Assembly (NCBI GenBank): GCA_965248435.1
Contig: OZ252100.1
Location: forward strand, 3,264,001 to 3,328,000
Length of the DNA stretch: 64,000 bases
DNA from: Candidatus Latescibacterota bacterium
Lineage (GTDB): Bacteria > Latescibacterota > UBA2968 > GCA-2709665
Direction: 5' to 3'
Within the stretch, counting starts at the first letter, position 1. Every line of letters starts with the position of its first letter. The notes under the pieces are model-generated. The model saw only the letters and a list, made by a program, of their open reading frames with translations, was not told the DNA's origin and did no database searches. The translations under genes and the position numbers were made by a program. This document shows, piece after piece, positions 10,001 through 19,900 of the stretch.

Positions 10001-11532
10001 AAGTAGCCCCGATCCGGGATCGTTCCGCCGGACATATAGAGGGCCTGCAGCGCACCGGATCTTCCGCTTGCGGTGCTGTCGATTCGATCGATGGAGACGC
10101 GTGGGTTCAGCTCTCTTATCCGGTTCTCGGCGTACCGACCGGCCAGCATGTTCAATACCAGATCGAAGTGCCCCCTCTCCAGTTCGTTGTACGGATGGCT
10201 CGTGCGGAGTCGGTTGAAGAGTTGGTCGATGTCCCACGTTTCGATGCCGACCATGGAGATGATGACCTGGGCGAGAACATCGAGGGGACATCGCAACGGT
10301 TGAATTTTTTCGATGTCACCGGAACGGACCGCTGAGGATAGGACCGCGGCTTCGAGAAGATCCTGATTGTGGGTAGGGAAGATCTCACTCCTGCTGACCT
10401 CTCCCACCCGATGGCCGGACCGGCCGATACGCTGGATCGCCGAAGACACGGAGGGAGGACTCTGAATCAGCACGACTTCGTCCAACGTTCCGATGTCGAT
10501 CCCCAGTTCCAGGGAGTTCGTTGCAACGATCGCCCTCAGCGTCCCTTCCTTCAGCCTTCCTTCCACTTCGGCCCTGATCTCACGCGAGAGAGATCCGTGG
10601 TGTGCATACGCGACGGGATGATTTTCTCCATCGTTGATCTTGAGAGTAAGCTCCTCACAGAGCCTTCTGCTGTTGGCGAAGAGGAGGGTGGAACGATTTC
10701 GATTGATGATCTGTTTGAACTCATCAACGAGCGGACGCCAGACGGGGTCTTCGGCCGTGCGATCCGGCTCCCTGAGCGGGAAGCGGACTTTGACATCGAA
10801 CCGCTTCGTTTCATTCGAGCGGACGATTGAGACTTTCCTTGGGACGTAGGCCGGCGCAACGTGGTCGCCCTCCATCTTGAATCCGCCGATGAAGTCGGAT
10901 ACGCGCTCTGCGGGACGGATGGTCGCGGAGAGCGCGATGCGCTGGAATTCCCCGCAGAGCGGTACGAGTCGGTCGACGGCCGTGATCAGGTGAACGCCGC
11001 GCTTGGCGCCTACCACGGAGTGGATTTCGTCGAGTATGACGGTTGAGATCTGGGTGAGGAAAGATCTCCCTCCCCGAGAGCTCAGGAGCAGGTTCAGACT
11101 TTCAGGGGTCGTGATCAGAATTTCGGGGGGATGGCGCTGCATCCGCTGACGTTCGGATTGCGGCGTGTCGCCGCTTCGTGTGAGCACACGAAGCGCGGGG
11201 AAAGGCTCACCGGCAGATTCGAAGCGGTCCTGGAGCTCCGCGATGGGTCGAAGGAGATTTCTCTGGATGTCGTTGTTGAGCGCCTTGAGCGGGGAGACGT
11301 AGAGCACCTTCGTTTGACCGGTTGACCAGTGGGCCGTTGCGAATTGGTCGATCGCCCAAAGAAAGGCTGTGAGCGTCTTACCGCTTCCGGTGGGGGCGGT
11401 AACGAGGACGTTCCCACCCTTCGCAATCTCCGGCCAGGCGCGCGCCTGTAGATCGGTTGGCTCACCGACGCGGCTCAGAAACCAGTCGGCAACGGTAGGA
11501 TGAAACAGCGACAGACTGTTGTATGAACTCAT
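7075..11532 (-). CDS. lhr: long-form Lhr ATP-dependent helicase
   Basis: APTGSGKT, YVSPLKALNND, ILITTPESL, DEIH, HHGSLS, SLELGIDIG, QRIGRSGH, GGTIPDRG; C-terminal winged-helix/glycosylase-like region (LLDRYGILFRE, GYFFDGIPGPQF). Confidence 0.93.
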   Translation of the reverse strand: MSSYNSLSLFHPTVADWFLSRVGEPTDLQARAWPEIAKGGNVLVTAPTGSGKTLTAFLWAIDQFATAHWSTGQTKVLYVSPLKALNNDIQRNLLRPIAELQDRFESAGEPFPALRVLTRSGDTPQSERQRMQRHPPEILITTPESLNLLLSSRGGRSFLTQISTVILDEIHSVVGAKRGVHLITAVDRLVPLCGEFQRIALSATIRPAERVSDFIGGFKMEGDHVAPAYVPRKVSIVRSNETKRFDVKVRFPLREPDRTAEDPVWRPLVDEFKQIINRNRSTLLFANSRRLCEELTLKINDGENHPVAYAHHGSLSREIRAEVEGRLKEGTLRAIVATNSLELGIDIGTLDEVVLIQSPPSVSSAIQRIGRSGHRVGEVSRSEIFPTHNQDLLEAAVLSSAVRSGDIEKIQPLRCPLDVLAQVIISMVGIETWDIDQLFNRLRTSHPYNELERGHFDLVLNMLAGRYAENRIRELNPRVSIDRIDSTASGRSGALQALYMSGGTIPDRGYFHLRHNDSNALIGDLDEEFVWEASVGQMFAFGSQKWKIQRITHNDVFVSPGNPGVSGLPFWKTEGRDRDFHFSELIALFLEEADDRLDDANFIASLQTDHCLDHEAADHLTEHLKRQKEVTGCSLPHRHHLVVETMPTGPGGAPGNQVVVHTLWGGKVNRPFGMALESAWERRFGLQLEVYAQNDSVVLVLPHQVTGEEILSLVTPSTLESLLRNRLERSGFFGARFREAAGRALLMNRRRFNERMPLWLSRLKSKKLLDSVLRYEDFPILLEAWRTCLQDEFDLDSLQILLSELESGAISWSEVHAQQPSPFAQNLSWGQINQYMYEDDRPDTGKTSRLKGSLLRDLVFMPGLRPTVSKELVERFELSRKRLIPGYPPGTARELVEWVKERVAIPTSEWEQLEAEIKRDQAEDADLILKSAQERLVYLEAPDAREPLVVSLEAFPRLLKGFFENAEGIRLSRFGPESAELPHATDLSEGTDELLTTLLSEWIQFYGPISIDFVCDTLGIEPKRLQPALEDLFDSERLVSGRLVLSSEDDLICDSENFEVLLRMKRSEAVPPFEPLNIGSLFLFFAAYHGITNPQPTVEALSERLQQLLCLPAAAELWESEILPARMSPYSTSNLENLMQESGLMWVGCGNRRVAFCFDDDVDLVLDPESDKDETPTLEVDDLFPDTSARYPFQALLRSTKTTASALSERLWSAVWSGQVTNDTFSTLRRGIENKFDVLDPTESYEAKGRLSSRGFRSWKRSAPFSGNWHRLNQTENSTDLLEIEERKKDCVRLLLDRYGILFRELLARETPRMSWSPLFRTLRLMELSGEVLTGYFFDGIPGPQFISHAAYRMLQNELPKEAIYWINAADPVSLCGLQLDPLKGTMPSRIATTHLVYHGPELVVLSQRNGKRLTFQVPPGDEHLQEYLISIRHLLYREFQPLRQITVETINDEDAAGSPYVDHLRTAFDVRLDHKAVKLYRRLE

Positions 11533-11580
11533 TGTTCGTGGAGGGGTATTTGTCTAGATTTTATCGATAATAGTACGGTT

Positions 11581-12786
11581 GTGACGAAAGGGAGAAGCAC
11601 AATTTTGGGCCCCCGAAAGATTATCCATCTAGACCTGGACGCCTTCTTTTGCGCGGTCGAGGAGCAATATGATCCCTCATTGGGGGGTAAACCGTTCGCG
11701 GTGGGAGGACGTCCCGAAGGCCGCGGGGTAGTGGCGTCCTGCTCCTACGCCGCCCGAAAGTTCGGTATTCATTCGGCGATGCCCATGGCCAGGGCGGTCA
11801 AGTTGTGTCCGGGTCTGATCATCGTCTCAAGCCGACACGGCGAGTACGGAAGGGTTTCCAGGAAGGTTATGGAAAGGCTCACCACCCTGACGCCTCTTGT
11901 TGAGCCGATCTCGATCGACGAGGCCTTCCTGGATGCATCTTCGGACCCAAGACCGGGCGAGGAGATCGCTCGGGAGCTCCAGAATTCCATCAGGGAGGCG
12001 TTTAAGCTGCCGAATTCTCTTGGAGTCGCCTCCAACAAGATGGTCGCAAAGATTGCCAATAACATCGGTAAGTCGTCCGCAAAGACGAACGGTCCGCCGA
12101 ACGCGATTATGGTCGTTCCGCCAGGAGAGGAAGCGGCTTTCCTGGCACCCCTGCCCGTTCGCGCCCTTTGGGGCGTGGGCCCCAGGACGGCTGACCTCCT
12201 GGAAGGCCTCGGAATTCGTCTGGTTCGCGACCTGCTCGAAAGACCCGAGGCGGAGCTGATCCGGCATCTTGGGGTCTACGGAGGCCATCTGGTTCGTTAT
12301 GCCAGAGGGATCGACGACAGCGTCGTTGAAGCCGATAGAGAGACGAAATCAGTGAGCAAGGAAACGACGTTTGCTCAGGACGTGCTCGATCCTGAAGTCA
12401 TGCAGGCAACGCTGCTTTCACTTTCGGAAGGTGTGGGCCGCGGACTCCGCAGCGAAGGCATGACGTGTCGCACGATCTCTCTAAAGTATCGTCTTTCCGA
12501 TTTTTCGACACTGTCCCGCCAGATGACCCTAAAAGCGCCGACGGACCTCGACAACATTATCTATGACTGTGCCAAGCAGCTTCTCAAGCAGGTGTGGCAA
12601 CGTGGCCAAAGGGTCCGTCTTCTGGGCGTGAGTGCGAGCAGACTCAGCCTCGAGGAACGTCAACTGAGTCTTTGGAAAACGAATGTGGAAAAGGATGAAC
12701 GCGTTCAGAGGACGATCGACTCGCTGAGGGACAAATTCGGGCTTTCCGCGCTTCGATGGGGAAAGGCCCTGAAAGGAGAGGATTGA
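11581..12786 (+). CDS. dinB: DNA polymerase IV
   Basis: HLDLDAFFCAVE, SCSYAARKFGIHSAMP, SIDEAFLD, LWGVGP; start may be TTG 11605. Confidence 0.96.
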   Translation: MTKGRSTILGPRKIIHLDLDAFFCAVEEQYDPSLGGKPFAVGGRPEGRGVVASCSYAARKFGIHSAMPMARAVKLCPGLIIVSSRHGEYGRVSRKVMERLTTLTPLVEPISIDEAFLDASSDPRPGEEIARELQNSIREAFKLPNSLGVASNKMVAKIANNIGKSSAKTNGPPNAIMVVPPGEEAAFLAPLPVRALWGVGPRTADLLEGLGIRLVRDLLERPEAELIRHLGVYGGHLVRYARGIDDSVVEADRETKSVSKETTFAQDVLDPEVMQATLLSLSEGVGRGLRSEGMTCRTISLKYRLSDFSTLSRQMTLKAPTDLDNIIYDCAKQLLKQVWQRGQRVRLLGVSASRLSLEERQLSLWKTNVEKDERVQRTIDSLRDKFGLSALRWGKALKGED

Positions 12787-12795
12787 TCGCCGGGT

Positions 12796-15549
12796 CTAGT
12801 GTGCGTCCAGCCAGTTTTCCCCGAAGCCAATCTCCACGACGATCGGGACCTTCAGCGGGATCGCGTTCAGCATTGCGTCTTTGACCAACGGCGCTACGGT
12901 ATCGCCCTCGCCCTTGTGCAGATCGAAAACGAGCTCGTCGTGTACCTGAAGCAGCATTTTTGTTTTGAGGTCGCGTTCCCCGAGGGCCCTATGGATATTG
13001 ACCATCGCAATCTTGATCATGTCCGCAGCTGAACCCTGTATCGGAGAGTTGATGGCGTTGCGTTCGGCAGCATTTCGCGCGGGGGCGTTGCGTGAATGAA
13101 TATCGTGGATGTATCGGCGCCGTCCCGTCATGGTCTCCACGAATCCGTGTTCCCTCGCAAATTCGACCGTCCGATCCATGTAGTCCCGGACGCCCGGATA
13201 CTGTTCAAAGTAGTGCTCGATCAAGCTCGCTCCTTCGGCACGACTGATGTCCAACCGGTCGGCCAGACCAAAGGCGGAGATTCCATAGATGATGCCGAAG
13301 TTGACGGTTTTGGCCTTTCGCCGCATTTCGGCAGTAACCTGTTCAGCGTCCACATCATAGATCTTCATGGACGTGGTCGTGTGGATGTCCTCTCCGTCTT
13401 CAAATCCTCTCAGCATCCCTTTATCCCCGCTCAGTTCCGCAGAGATCCGCAGCTCGATCTGTGAATAGTCCGCAGACATGAGTGTAAAGTCTTCGTTTTT
13501 CGCCACGAAGGCCTTTCGAATTTCCCGGCCCTGCTCACCCCGAATGGGGATGTTCTGGAGGTTGGGGTTACTGGACTGCATCCTCCCGGTCGCTGTGACG
13601 GCCTGTTCGTATGTGGTGTGCACGCGACCGGTCTCCGGGAAGACGGCCCCAGGCAGCATGTCCAGGTAGGTGGATTTGAGCTTCGTGCATTCCCGGTACT
13701 CAAGCACTCTTTGGGCGATCTCGTGCCGGTTGGCCAAACGGGTTAACACACGTTCATTCGTCTGATACTGTTTTGTCTTCTGCGTACGCCTCGCCTTCGG
13801 GTCGAGCTGGAGCTTTTCGAAGAAGATGGTACCCATCTGTTTTGGCGAGTTGAGATTGAACTCTTCGCCCGCGAGTTCGAATATCCTTTTCGCGGTCTCC
13901 TCAATCTCCTGTCCCAGGTCCTGGGAAAGGGTCTTCAGGACCTCCACGTCGAGGCGAATGCCGCTGTGTTCCATGTCCACCAGGACCGGGATGAGGGGGC
14001 TCTCCACCTCGTGGAAGACCTTCTCCTGATTCATCTCCTTAATTTTGGATTGCAGTATTTTCCAAAGTTGAAGCGTGATGTCGGCATCTTCCGCGGCGTA
14101 ATCTGCTACCCGGTCGGGCGCTACATCGCGCATGCTCAGTTGCTCTTTCCCCTTTTCTCCGATCAGATCAGAAATGGGCATGGGCCGATACTGGAGCAGG
14201 GTCTGAGAGAGGGAATCCAGGTTTCGACGGAGATCGGGCACTGCCAGGTGAGCTGCAACCAGCGTGTCGTAGAGGGGCCCTTCGACTTTCAGACCGTGCC
14301 AGAATAGGGCACTCAAATCGAATTTAAGATTGTGGCCAATTTTTGCTATGGAGGAGTTTGACAGGGGTTCGCCGAACTCTTCGAGAATTTCGATTGCTCC
14401 ATCCCGATCTTCAGGAAGCGGCACATAGAATCCTGTATGAGGTTTGAATGAGAAGGCGAGACCCACCAGACCGCAGGCCTTCGCGTCCAGCTCCGTAGTT
14501 TCTATATCGAAGCAAAATTCCTTCTGCTTGCAAAGTTCTCGGACGAGGCCCTGTCGTTCTTTTAGCGAATCGACGAGTCTGTAATCGTGAGGCAAATCTT
14601 GAATCGTTTTCAAATTGTCCGGAGTTTCGTCCTCTGCAGCGGCAGTGACGTCCGCCTCGAAATCATTCCCGAACAACCGCTTTCCAATAACCTTAAACTC
14701 GAGTTCCTTGAACAGGCTCTTTAAGGCGCTCTCGTTCCAGTCCTTCAGTTTAAGATCCTTCGGTTTCAAATCCAAAGGCACCTGTTGTTCGATGGTGACG
14801 AGGCTCTTGGATAACAGTGCCTGTTCTCGATACGTGGAGAGGTTCTCCTTCTGTTTCCCCTTCAGATCGTCGATGTGATCCAACAGATTTTCAACACTTC
14901 CATACTCCCCGATGAGCTTTTGCGCCGTTTTCTCCCCGATTCCGGGTACTCCGGGTATGTTGTCGCTGGTGTCGCCGGTGAGCCCAAGGATATCGATCAC
15001 CTGCTCCACTTTGTCGATTTTCCACTTTTCCAGAATCTCGTTTATACCCTGTATTTCCAGACCGCTGCTGGTCCGCCCGGGTTTGCAGATGACGGTTCTC
15101 TCCGAAACGAGCTGGCCGAAATCCTTGTCCGGTGTCACCATGAAGGTGCTGAAGTCCTCTTCTTCGGCCTGCTTGGCGAGGGTGCCGATGACATCATCCG
15201 CTTCCCATCCCGGGACTCTGATGACGTTCAGGTTGAAGGCCTCGCAGAGTCTGAAGAGATAGGGAAGCGCAACGCTCAAATCCTCCGGCATTGCCGCTCG
15301 CTGGGCCTTGTATTCGGGGAAGATCCGATGGCGGTGGGTAGGCTCTGGGGTATCGAAGACGGCAGCCAGGTGAGTCGGTTTCGCATTCAGCAGGATGTCC
15401 AGCAGGGTGTTCGTGAAGACGAAGACGGTGGCTGTGTTCATTCCGGTGGAAGTTGTGGGCGGATTTCTCATCATGGCGTAGTGACTGCGATACGCCAGCG
15501 CCATTCCATCCAGAAGAAACAGTTTTTTCTTAGCGTTCATCATTGACAC
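12796..15549 (-). CDS. polA: DNA polymerase I (5'-3' exonuclease, 3'-5' exonuclease, polymerase)
   Basis: LLDGMALAYR, EADDVIGT, FDIETT, YAAEDAD, DYSQIELR, RRKAKTVNFGIIYG, LLQVHDEL. Confidence 0.98.
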   Translation of the reverse strand: MSMMNAKKKLFLLDGMALAYRSHYAMMRNPPTTSTGMNTATVFVFTNTLLDILLNAKPTHLAAVFDTPEPTHRHRIFPEYKAQRAAMPEDLSVALPYLFRLCEAFNLNVIRVPGWEADDVIGTLAKQAEEEDFSTFMVTPDKDFGQLVSERTVICKPGRTSSGLEIQGINEILEKWKIDKVEQVIDILGLTGDTSDNIPGVPGIGEKTAQKLIGEYGSVENLLDHIDDLKGKQKENLSTYREQALLSKSLVTIEQQVPLDLKPKDLKLKDWNESALKSLFKELEFKVIGKRLFGNDFEADVTAAAEDETPDNLKTIQDLPHDYRLVDSLKERQGLVRELCKQKEFCFDIETTELDAKACGLVGLAFSFKPHTGFYVPLPEDRDGAIEILEEFGEPLSNSSIAKIGHNLKFDLSALFWHGLKVEGPLYDTLVAAHLAVPDLRRNLDSLSQTLLQYRPMPISDLIGEKGKEQLSMRDVAPDRVADYAAEDADITLQLWKILQSKIKEMNQEKVFHEVESPLIPVLVDMEHSGIRLDVEVLKTLSQDLGQEIEETAKRIFELAGEEFNLNSPKQMGTIFFEKLQLDPKARRTQKTKQYQTNERVLTRLANRHEIAQRVLEYRECTKLKSTYLDMLPGAVFPETGRVHTTYEQAVTATGRMQSSNPNLQNIPIRGEQGREIRKAFVAKNEDFTLMSADYSQIELRISAELSGDKGMLRGFEDGEDIHTTTSMKIYDVDAEQVTAEMRRKAKTVNFGIIYGISAFGLADRLDISRAEGASLIEHYFEQYPGVRDYMDRTVEFAREHGFVETMTGRRRYIHDIHSRNAPARNAAERNAINSPIQGSAADMIKIAMVNIHRALGERDLKTKMLLQVHDELVFDLHKGEGDTVAPLVKDAMLNAIPLKVPIVVEIGFGENWLDAH

Positions 15550-15563
15550 CCAGCCTGCAAAGT

Positions 15564-16046
15564 TCAGGTAAATTCATCGCTTGCTGCCCATTTTGCATAC
15601 CTTGTCAAATTCTTTACGGGTGACGGGTTGGAGAGGCGCTGACCCCTCTGAACGACTTTCATGTCTTTTAGTTCACGTGTCTCTTTCAACTCGTGAAGGG
15701 AGACGAATCGTTTGAATGCCTTCTTCCATTTGACTTCGACCATGAACCAGACGGGATTGTCCTTTGTGGTCTTGGGGTCGAAGTGCTTATCTTTAGGGTC
15801 CCAGGCGGTATGGTCGGGGTAGGCTTCCTTAACGACCTCAGCGATTCCGACAACCCCTGGAGGGTCACAGTTGGAGTGGTAAAACAGGACAAGATCCCCC
15901 TTCTTCATCTCGTTGCGCATGAAGTTCCGGGCCTGGTAGTTACGTACGCCGTCCCAATGCGCCGTTGAATCGGGCTCCACTTTGAGATCATCGAAAGAGA
16001 ACTCATTGGGTTCTGATTTCATCAGCCAGTACTTTTTCGGCATCAT
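15564..16046 (-). CDS. EVE domain protein (C-terminal frameshift near 15630)
   Basis: YWLMKSEP, WDGVRNYQARN, FYHSNC; the expected tail QPVTRKEFDKVCKMG lies in another frame ending at 15574. Confidence 0.9.
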   Translation of the reverse strand: MMPKKYWLMKSEPNEFSFDDLKVEPDSTAHWDGVRNYQARNFMRNEMKKGDLVLFYHSNCDPPGVVGIAEVVKEAYPDHTAWDPKDKHFDPKTTKDNPVWFMVEVKWKKAFKRFVSLHELKETRELKDMKVVQRGQRLSNPSPVKNLTRYAKWAASDEFT

Positions 16047-16052
16047 TTTCTC

Positions 16053-16496
16053 CTACTGACTTTGGATTTCCGCCACCCCTGGGGCCCACAGGGTCAGGAT
16101 CAGGCCCATGAGGATGAGGTAGGCCAGTTGGTAGCCAGAATCGATCAGATAGGCCGAGATCTTGTCTTGCGAAAACATGTTTCCGGTGAGCCCAATCGTC
16201 GCAGCAAAACCCACCCAGATGAGAATACCCAGACCGATACCCTGAATGGGTGTAGATACACCCGTAAATGAAACGAGCGCGGAGAACGCGACGGCCATAA
16301 AAATGTAACAAAGGAAGGAGACCAGGTAGGCTCGATTTACGCTCTGTTTCATGGCCTCGAGCTGGGATTCGGAATGGCCGCGAGTCTTCATCCAGAGCTT
16401 TCCAAACAGGATGGGTGAATACCATAGGCCTCCGAGAACGAACGTGGCGATCGCAGAAACGAGCACTGCCCAGGCGTTGATTTCGACTGGATTCAA
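16053..16496 (-). CDS. DUF1761-family membrane protein
   Basis: INAWAVLVSAIATFVLGGLWYSPILFGKLW and IDSGYQL; four hydrophobic segments. Confidence 0.8.
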   Translation of the reverse strand: MNPVEINAWAVLVSAIATFVLGGLWYSPILFGKLWMKTRGHSESQLEAMKQSVNRAYLVSFLCYIFMAVAFSALVSFTGVSTPIQGIGLGILIWVGFAATIGLTGNMFSQDKISAYLIDSGYQLAYLILMGLILTLWAPGVAEIQSQ

Positions 16497-16514
16497 GACG
16501 GGCCTCCTTTCTTC

Positions 16515-16868
16515 ATGATCAAGCTCAAGCGAATCTACGAAGCGCCGGACGCGGCAGACGGCGAACGATACCTCGTGGAGCGGTTGTGGCCGAGGGGGAT
16601 GAAGCGAGAAAAGGCCTGCCTGGATGAATGGTTAAAAGAACTGGCACCGAGTCCCGATCTTCGAAAGTGGTACGGTCACGACCCATCCAAGTGGCCTGAA
16701 TTTCGAAAGCGGTATCGCGCGGAACTTAAACGGAAAGAGATTCGTGATTCATTGCAAGACCTGGCCCGAAAGGCGAAACGGGGCACGATCACTTTTGTTT
16801 TTGCCGCCAAAGATCAGGAGCGAAACAGCGCTGTGGTTCTCAAAAAAACGATCGAAGGCAGCATATGA
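16515..16868 (+). CDS. DUF488/YeaO family protein
   Basis: IKLKRIYE, LVERLWPRGM, LAPSPDLRKWYGH. Confidence 0.92.
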   Translation: MIKLKRIYEAPDAADGERYLVERLWPRGMKREKACLDEWLKELAPSPDLRKWYGHDPSKWPEFRKRYRAELKRKEIRDSLQDLARKAKRGTITFVFAAKDQERNSAVVLKKTIEGSI

Positions 16869-16983
16869 GAGGGCGCATATTTCTTACATCGCTAATTATA
16901 TCCTGAGGAGGCCGGGACATCAAGGGAAAAGCCGGCCGACCGGGGCCGATCCAAGAGCGGACTGAGCGGTCCCTGGAGCGCCT

Positions 16984-19900
16984 ATGAGGCAAACGATTGT
17001 CAGATTGTCATTCAAGGTGCCTCCCGAACGCAGGGATGAGTTCGAGGCACTGTATCGGGAAGGGGTCGTACCCATCCTGGAACGGCACGGACTGAAGGTG
17101 AAGCCGGGACCCTTCGCGTGTGCTGACGTGTTCAGTGAGCAGTTTGAAGTGGAGAATCCGGCCGCCGTCGCCAAGAGGCGGGAGGTGCTTCAGGCAGACA
17201 CAACGTGGCAGCAGGTGCTGAGGGAACTGGGGGCTCGCTTTGGGAATGCCGGCGCGGATGGGATGATCCCGACTACTCTGGAGCTGAAGGAGGCCCCTTC
17301 AGGACCCGGGACACCAGCCTTGCTTCAACGCGGGAAAGGGCACTGGCGCACGTTCGACGCGACAGATGGACTCGTGAGTGGGTTTATCATGTCCATTCTT
17401 CAAGACAGAGAAGGCTACCTCTGGTTTGCCGCGTTCGGGGGTGGGGTCAGCCGGTTCGATGGCCAGAGCTTCACGACCCTCACCACGAAGGAGGGATTGG
17501 CACACAACGAGGTCTCGGCGATTTTCCAGGACGGGGATGGAAATCTCTGGTTTGGCACCGAGGGCGGGGTCAGCATGTACGATGGGAAGAGCTTTGTCAA
17601 TTACACGACGAAGGATGGGTTGCCGAACGATGAAGTCTCCGCGGTTTATGAGGACCAGGACGGAAGTCTGTGGTTCGGGACCGACGAAGGGGTCTGCCGG
17701 TTTGACGGCCAGGCATTCACGACCCTTACCAAGGAGGATGGTCTTGTCGGCAATTCCGTGACTGTCATTTTTCAGGATCAAAACGGTCATTTCTGGTTTG
17801 GAACCGAGGTGGGCCTCAGCCGATACAACGGTCGAATTTTCACCTCATTCACGACTCGAGAGGGTCTGCCGGATAACTGGATCCTTTCGATCTTCTGTGA
17901 CAGGGATGGAGATTTGTGGTTTGGGACGTACTCGGCTGGTGTGAGTCGATTTGACGGGGAGAACTTTACGAATTTCGGCGTGGAAGATGGCCTGGTGAGT
18001 GTCGGGGTCAACTCGGTTTTCCAGGATCGGGAGGGGTGTCTATGGTTCGGGACGTTCGGAGGCGCGAGCTGCTACGACGGTGAGACCTTTACGAACTTCA
18101 CAGAGAGGGACGGGCTGGCGAATGACCGAGTCTGGTCGATCATTCAGGACCTTGAAGGACATTTCTGGTTCGGCACGTTAAGCGGCGTGAATCGGTATGA
18201 CGGCGAGACGTTTACGACCCTGATCGCAGGGGAGGACGATGCTGAGCGTAGCGTTTTTTGCTTTTTGGATGATCGGGACCACAATGTCTGGTTCGCCCCC
18301 TGGGGAGGCGCAACGCGCGGCGTAACGCGCTACGATGGTCGATCCTTCCACACGTTTGGGGAAAGAGATGGACTACCCGGTAGCATGGTGAGCTCGATGT
18401 TTCAAGATATGCAGGGCAACCTCTGGTTCGGAACCTGGGGCGATGGAGTCGTGCGATATGACGGTAAGACGTTCAGGACGTTCAGCGAAAATGACGGCCT
18501 TGCACACAATATGGTGAGGACGATCGATCAGGACTCGGACGGCATCTTCTGGTTCGGCACATTTGTCGGGTTGAGCCGCTATGATCCTCGCCAAGGTTCG
18601 GGACAGGGTCGCTTCAAGACGTTCACCACCCGCGATGGCCTGGCGCACGATCGAATCCGAGCCAGCCTGACGGACGGGGACGGAAACCTGTGGATCGGAA
18701 CCTTCGGGGGTGTAAGCCGATTTGACCCGTTGACGAGCACGGGGGATTCTGGCCCGACGTTCACGACAGAAGACGGACTGGCTTCAAACAGCATCTGGAC
18801 GATCTACCAGGATCGTGACGAAAACGTTTGGTTTGGGACCGGCGGGAGCGGCGTCACGCGTTTTGACGGCGAGTCTTTCGAGACGTTCACTTCTAAGGAG
18901 GGTCTTGCGGCAGACCATGTCTGGTCCATTCTGCAGGATGAGGACGGGGTGCTCTGGTTCGGAACAAGCGGCGGGGGCGTGAGTCGATACGACGGACAGG
19001 TCTTTCAAACACTCACGCAAGAGGATGGCCTGGCTGGCAACACAGTGGGTGCGATGCTGCAGGATCGTAAAGGGAGACTCTGGTTCGGTCTGGACAGCGG
19101 CATCACGCGCTATCGACCCATTTCGCCCTCGCCTCCTGCGATGTTCATCGATGCCGTGGCCGCGGACCAGAGATATGAACGGCCTTCAGAGGTCGAAGTT
19201 GCTGAGGCTACAGGTCTGGTCGCGATCGAATTTCACGGGATGAGTTTCAAGACACGGCCTGAGGCCATGGTCTATCGATATCGACTGAAGGGATTTGAGG
19301 AGGAATGGAGAAACACTCATCTGGGTCGCGTGGAGTACGAGCGTCTTCCAACCGGGAGCTACATCTTTGAAGTCGTCTTTGTGGATCGAGACCTGATCTA
19401 TACCGTTCCCGAACGTGTTCGACTGACGGTTGTAAAGGACACACGTGATGAACAGATCGATGAGCTGGAGCAGCGCGTTCAAGAGCGCACCCGCGAGTTG
19501 CGAGAGAAACAGGCCCAGCTTGTACAGTCAGAGAAGATGGCGGCGCTGGGCAATCTGGTGGCTGGCGTTGCCCACGAGATCAACAACCCGATAGGCGCCA
19601 TCAACAGCGCCATCGATGTGTTGAAGCGATGCGTGGATAGAATGGTGGACGTGATAGATCGGAGCGAAGGCGGGCCTGCGATCAAGGAAAACAGCCGGTT
19701 TCAGAGGCTGCTGAGGCTGTTTGGAGAGAATAATCAGACCGCGGCAACCGCCGGGGAGCGCATTACAGAGACAGTGCAGAGTTTGAAGAACTTTGCGCGC
19801 CTGGATGAGTCCGAGTTCAAGAAGGCGGATCTTCGAGAGGGAATCGAAAACATCCTGAATCTTTTCCAGCGCGAATTCGACGGCCGAATCTCGGTCGTCA

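Noticed and set aside
11525-11537. LexA box between lhr and dinB
   Set aside because: GAAC-N5-GTTC does not match the GAAC-N4-GTTC spacing and lies partly inside lhr.
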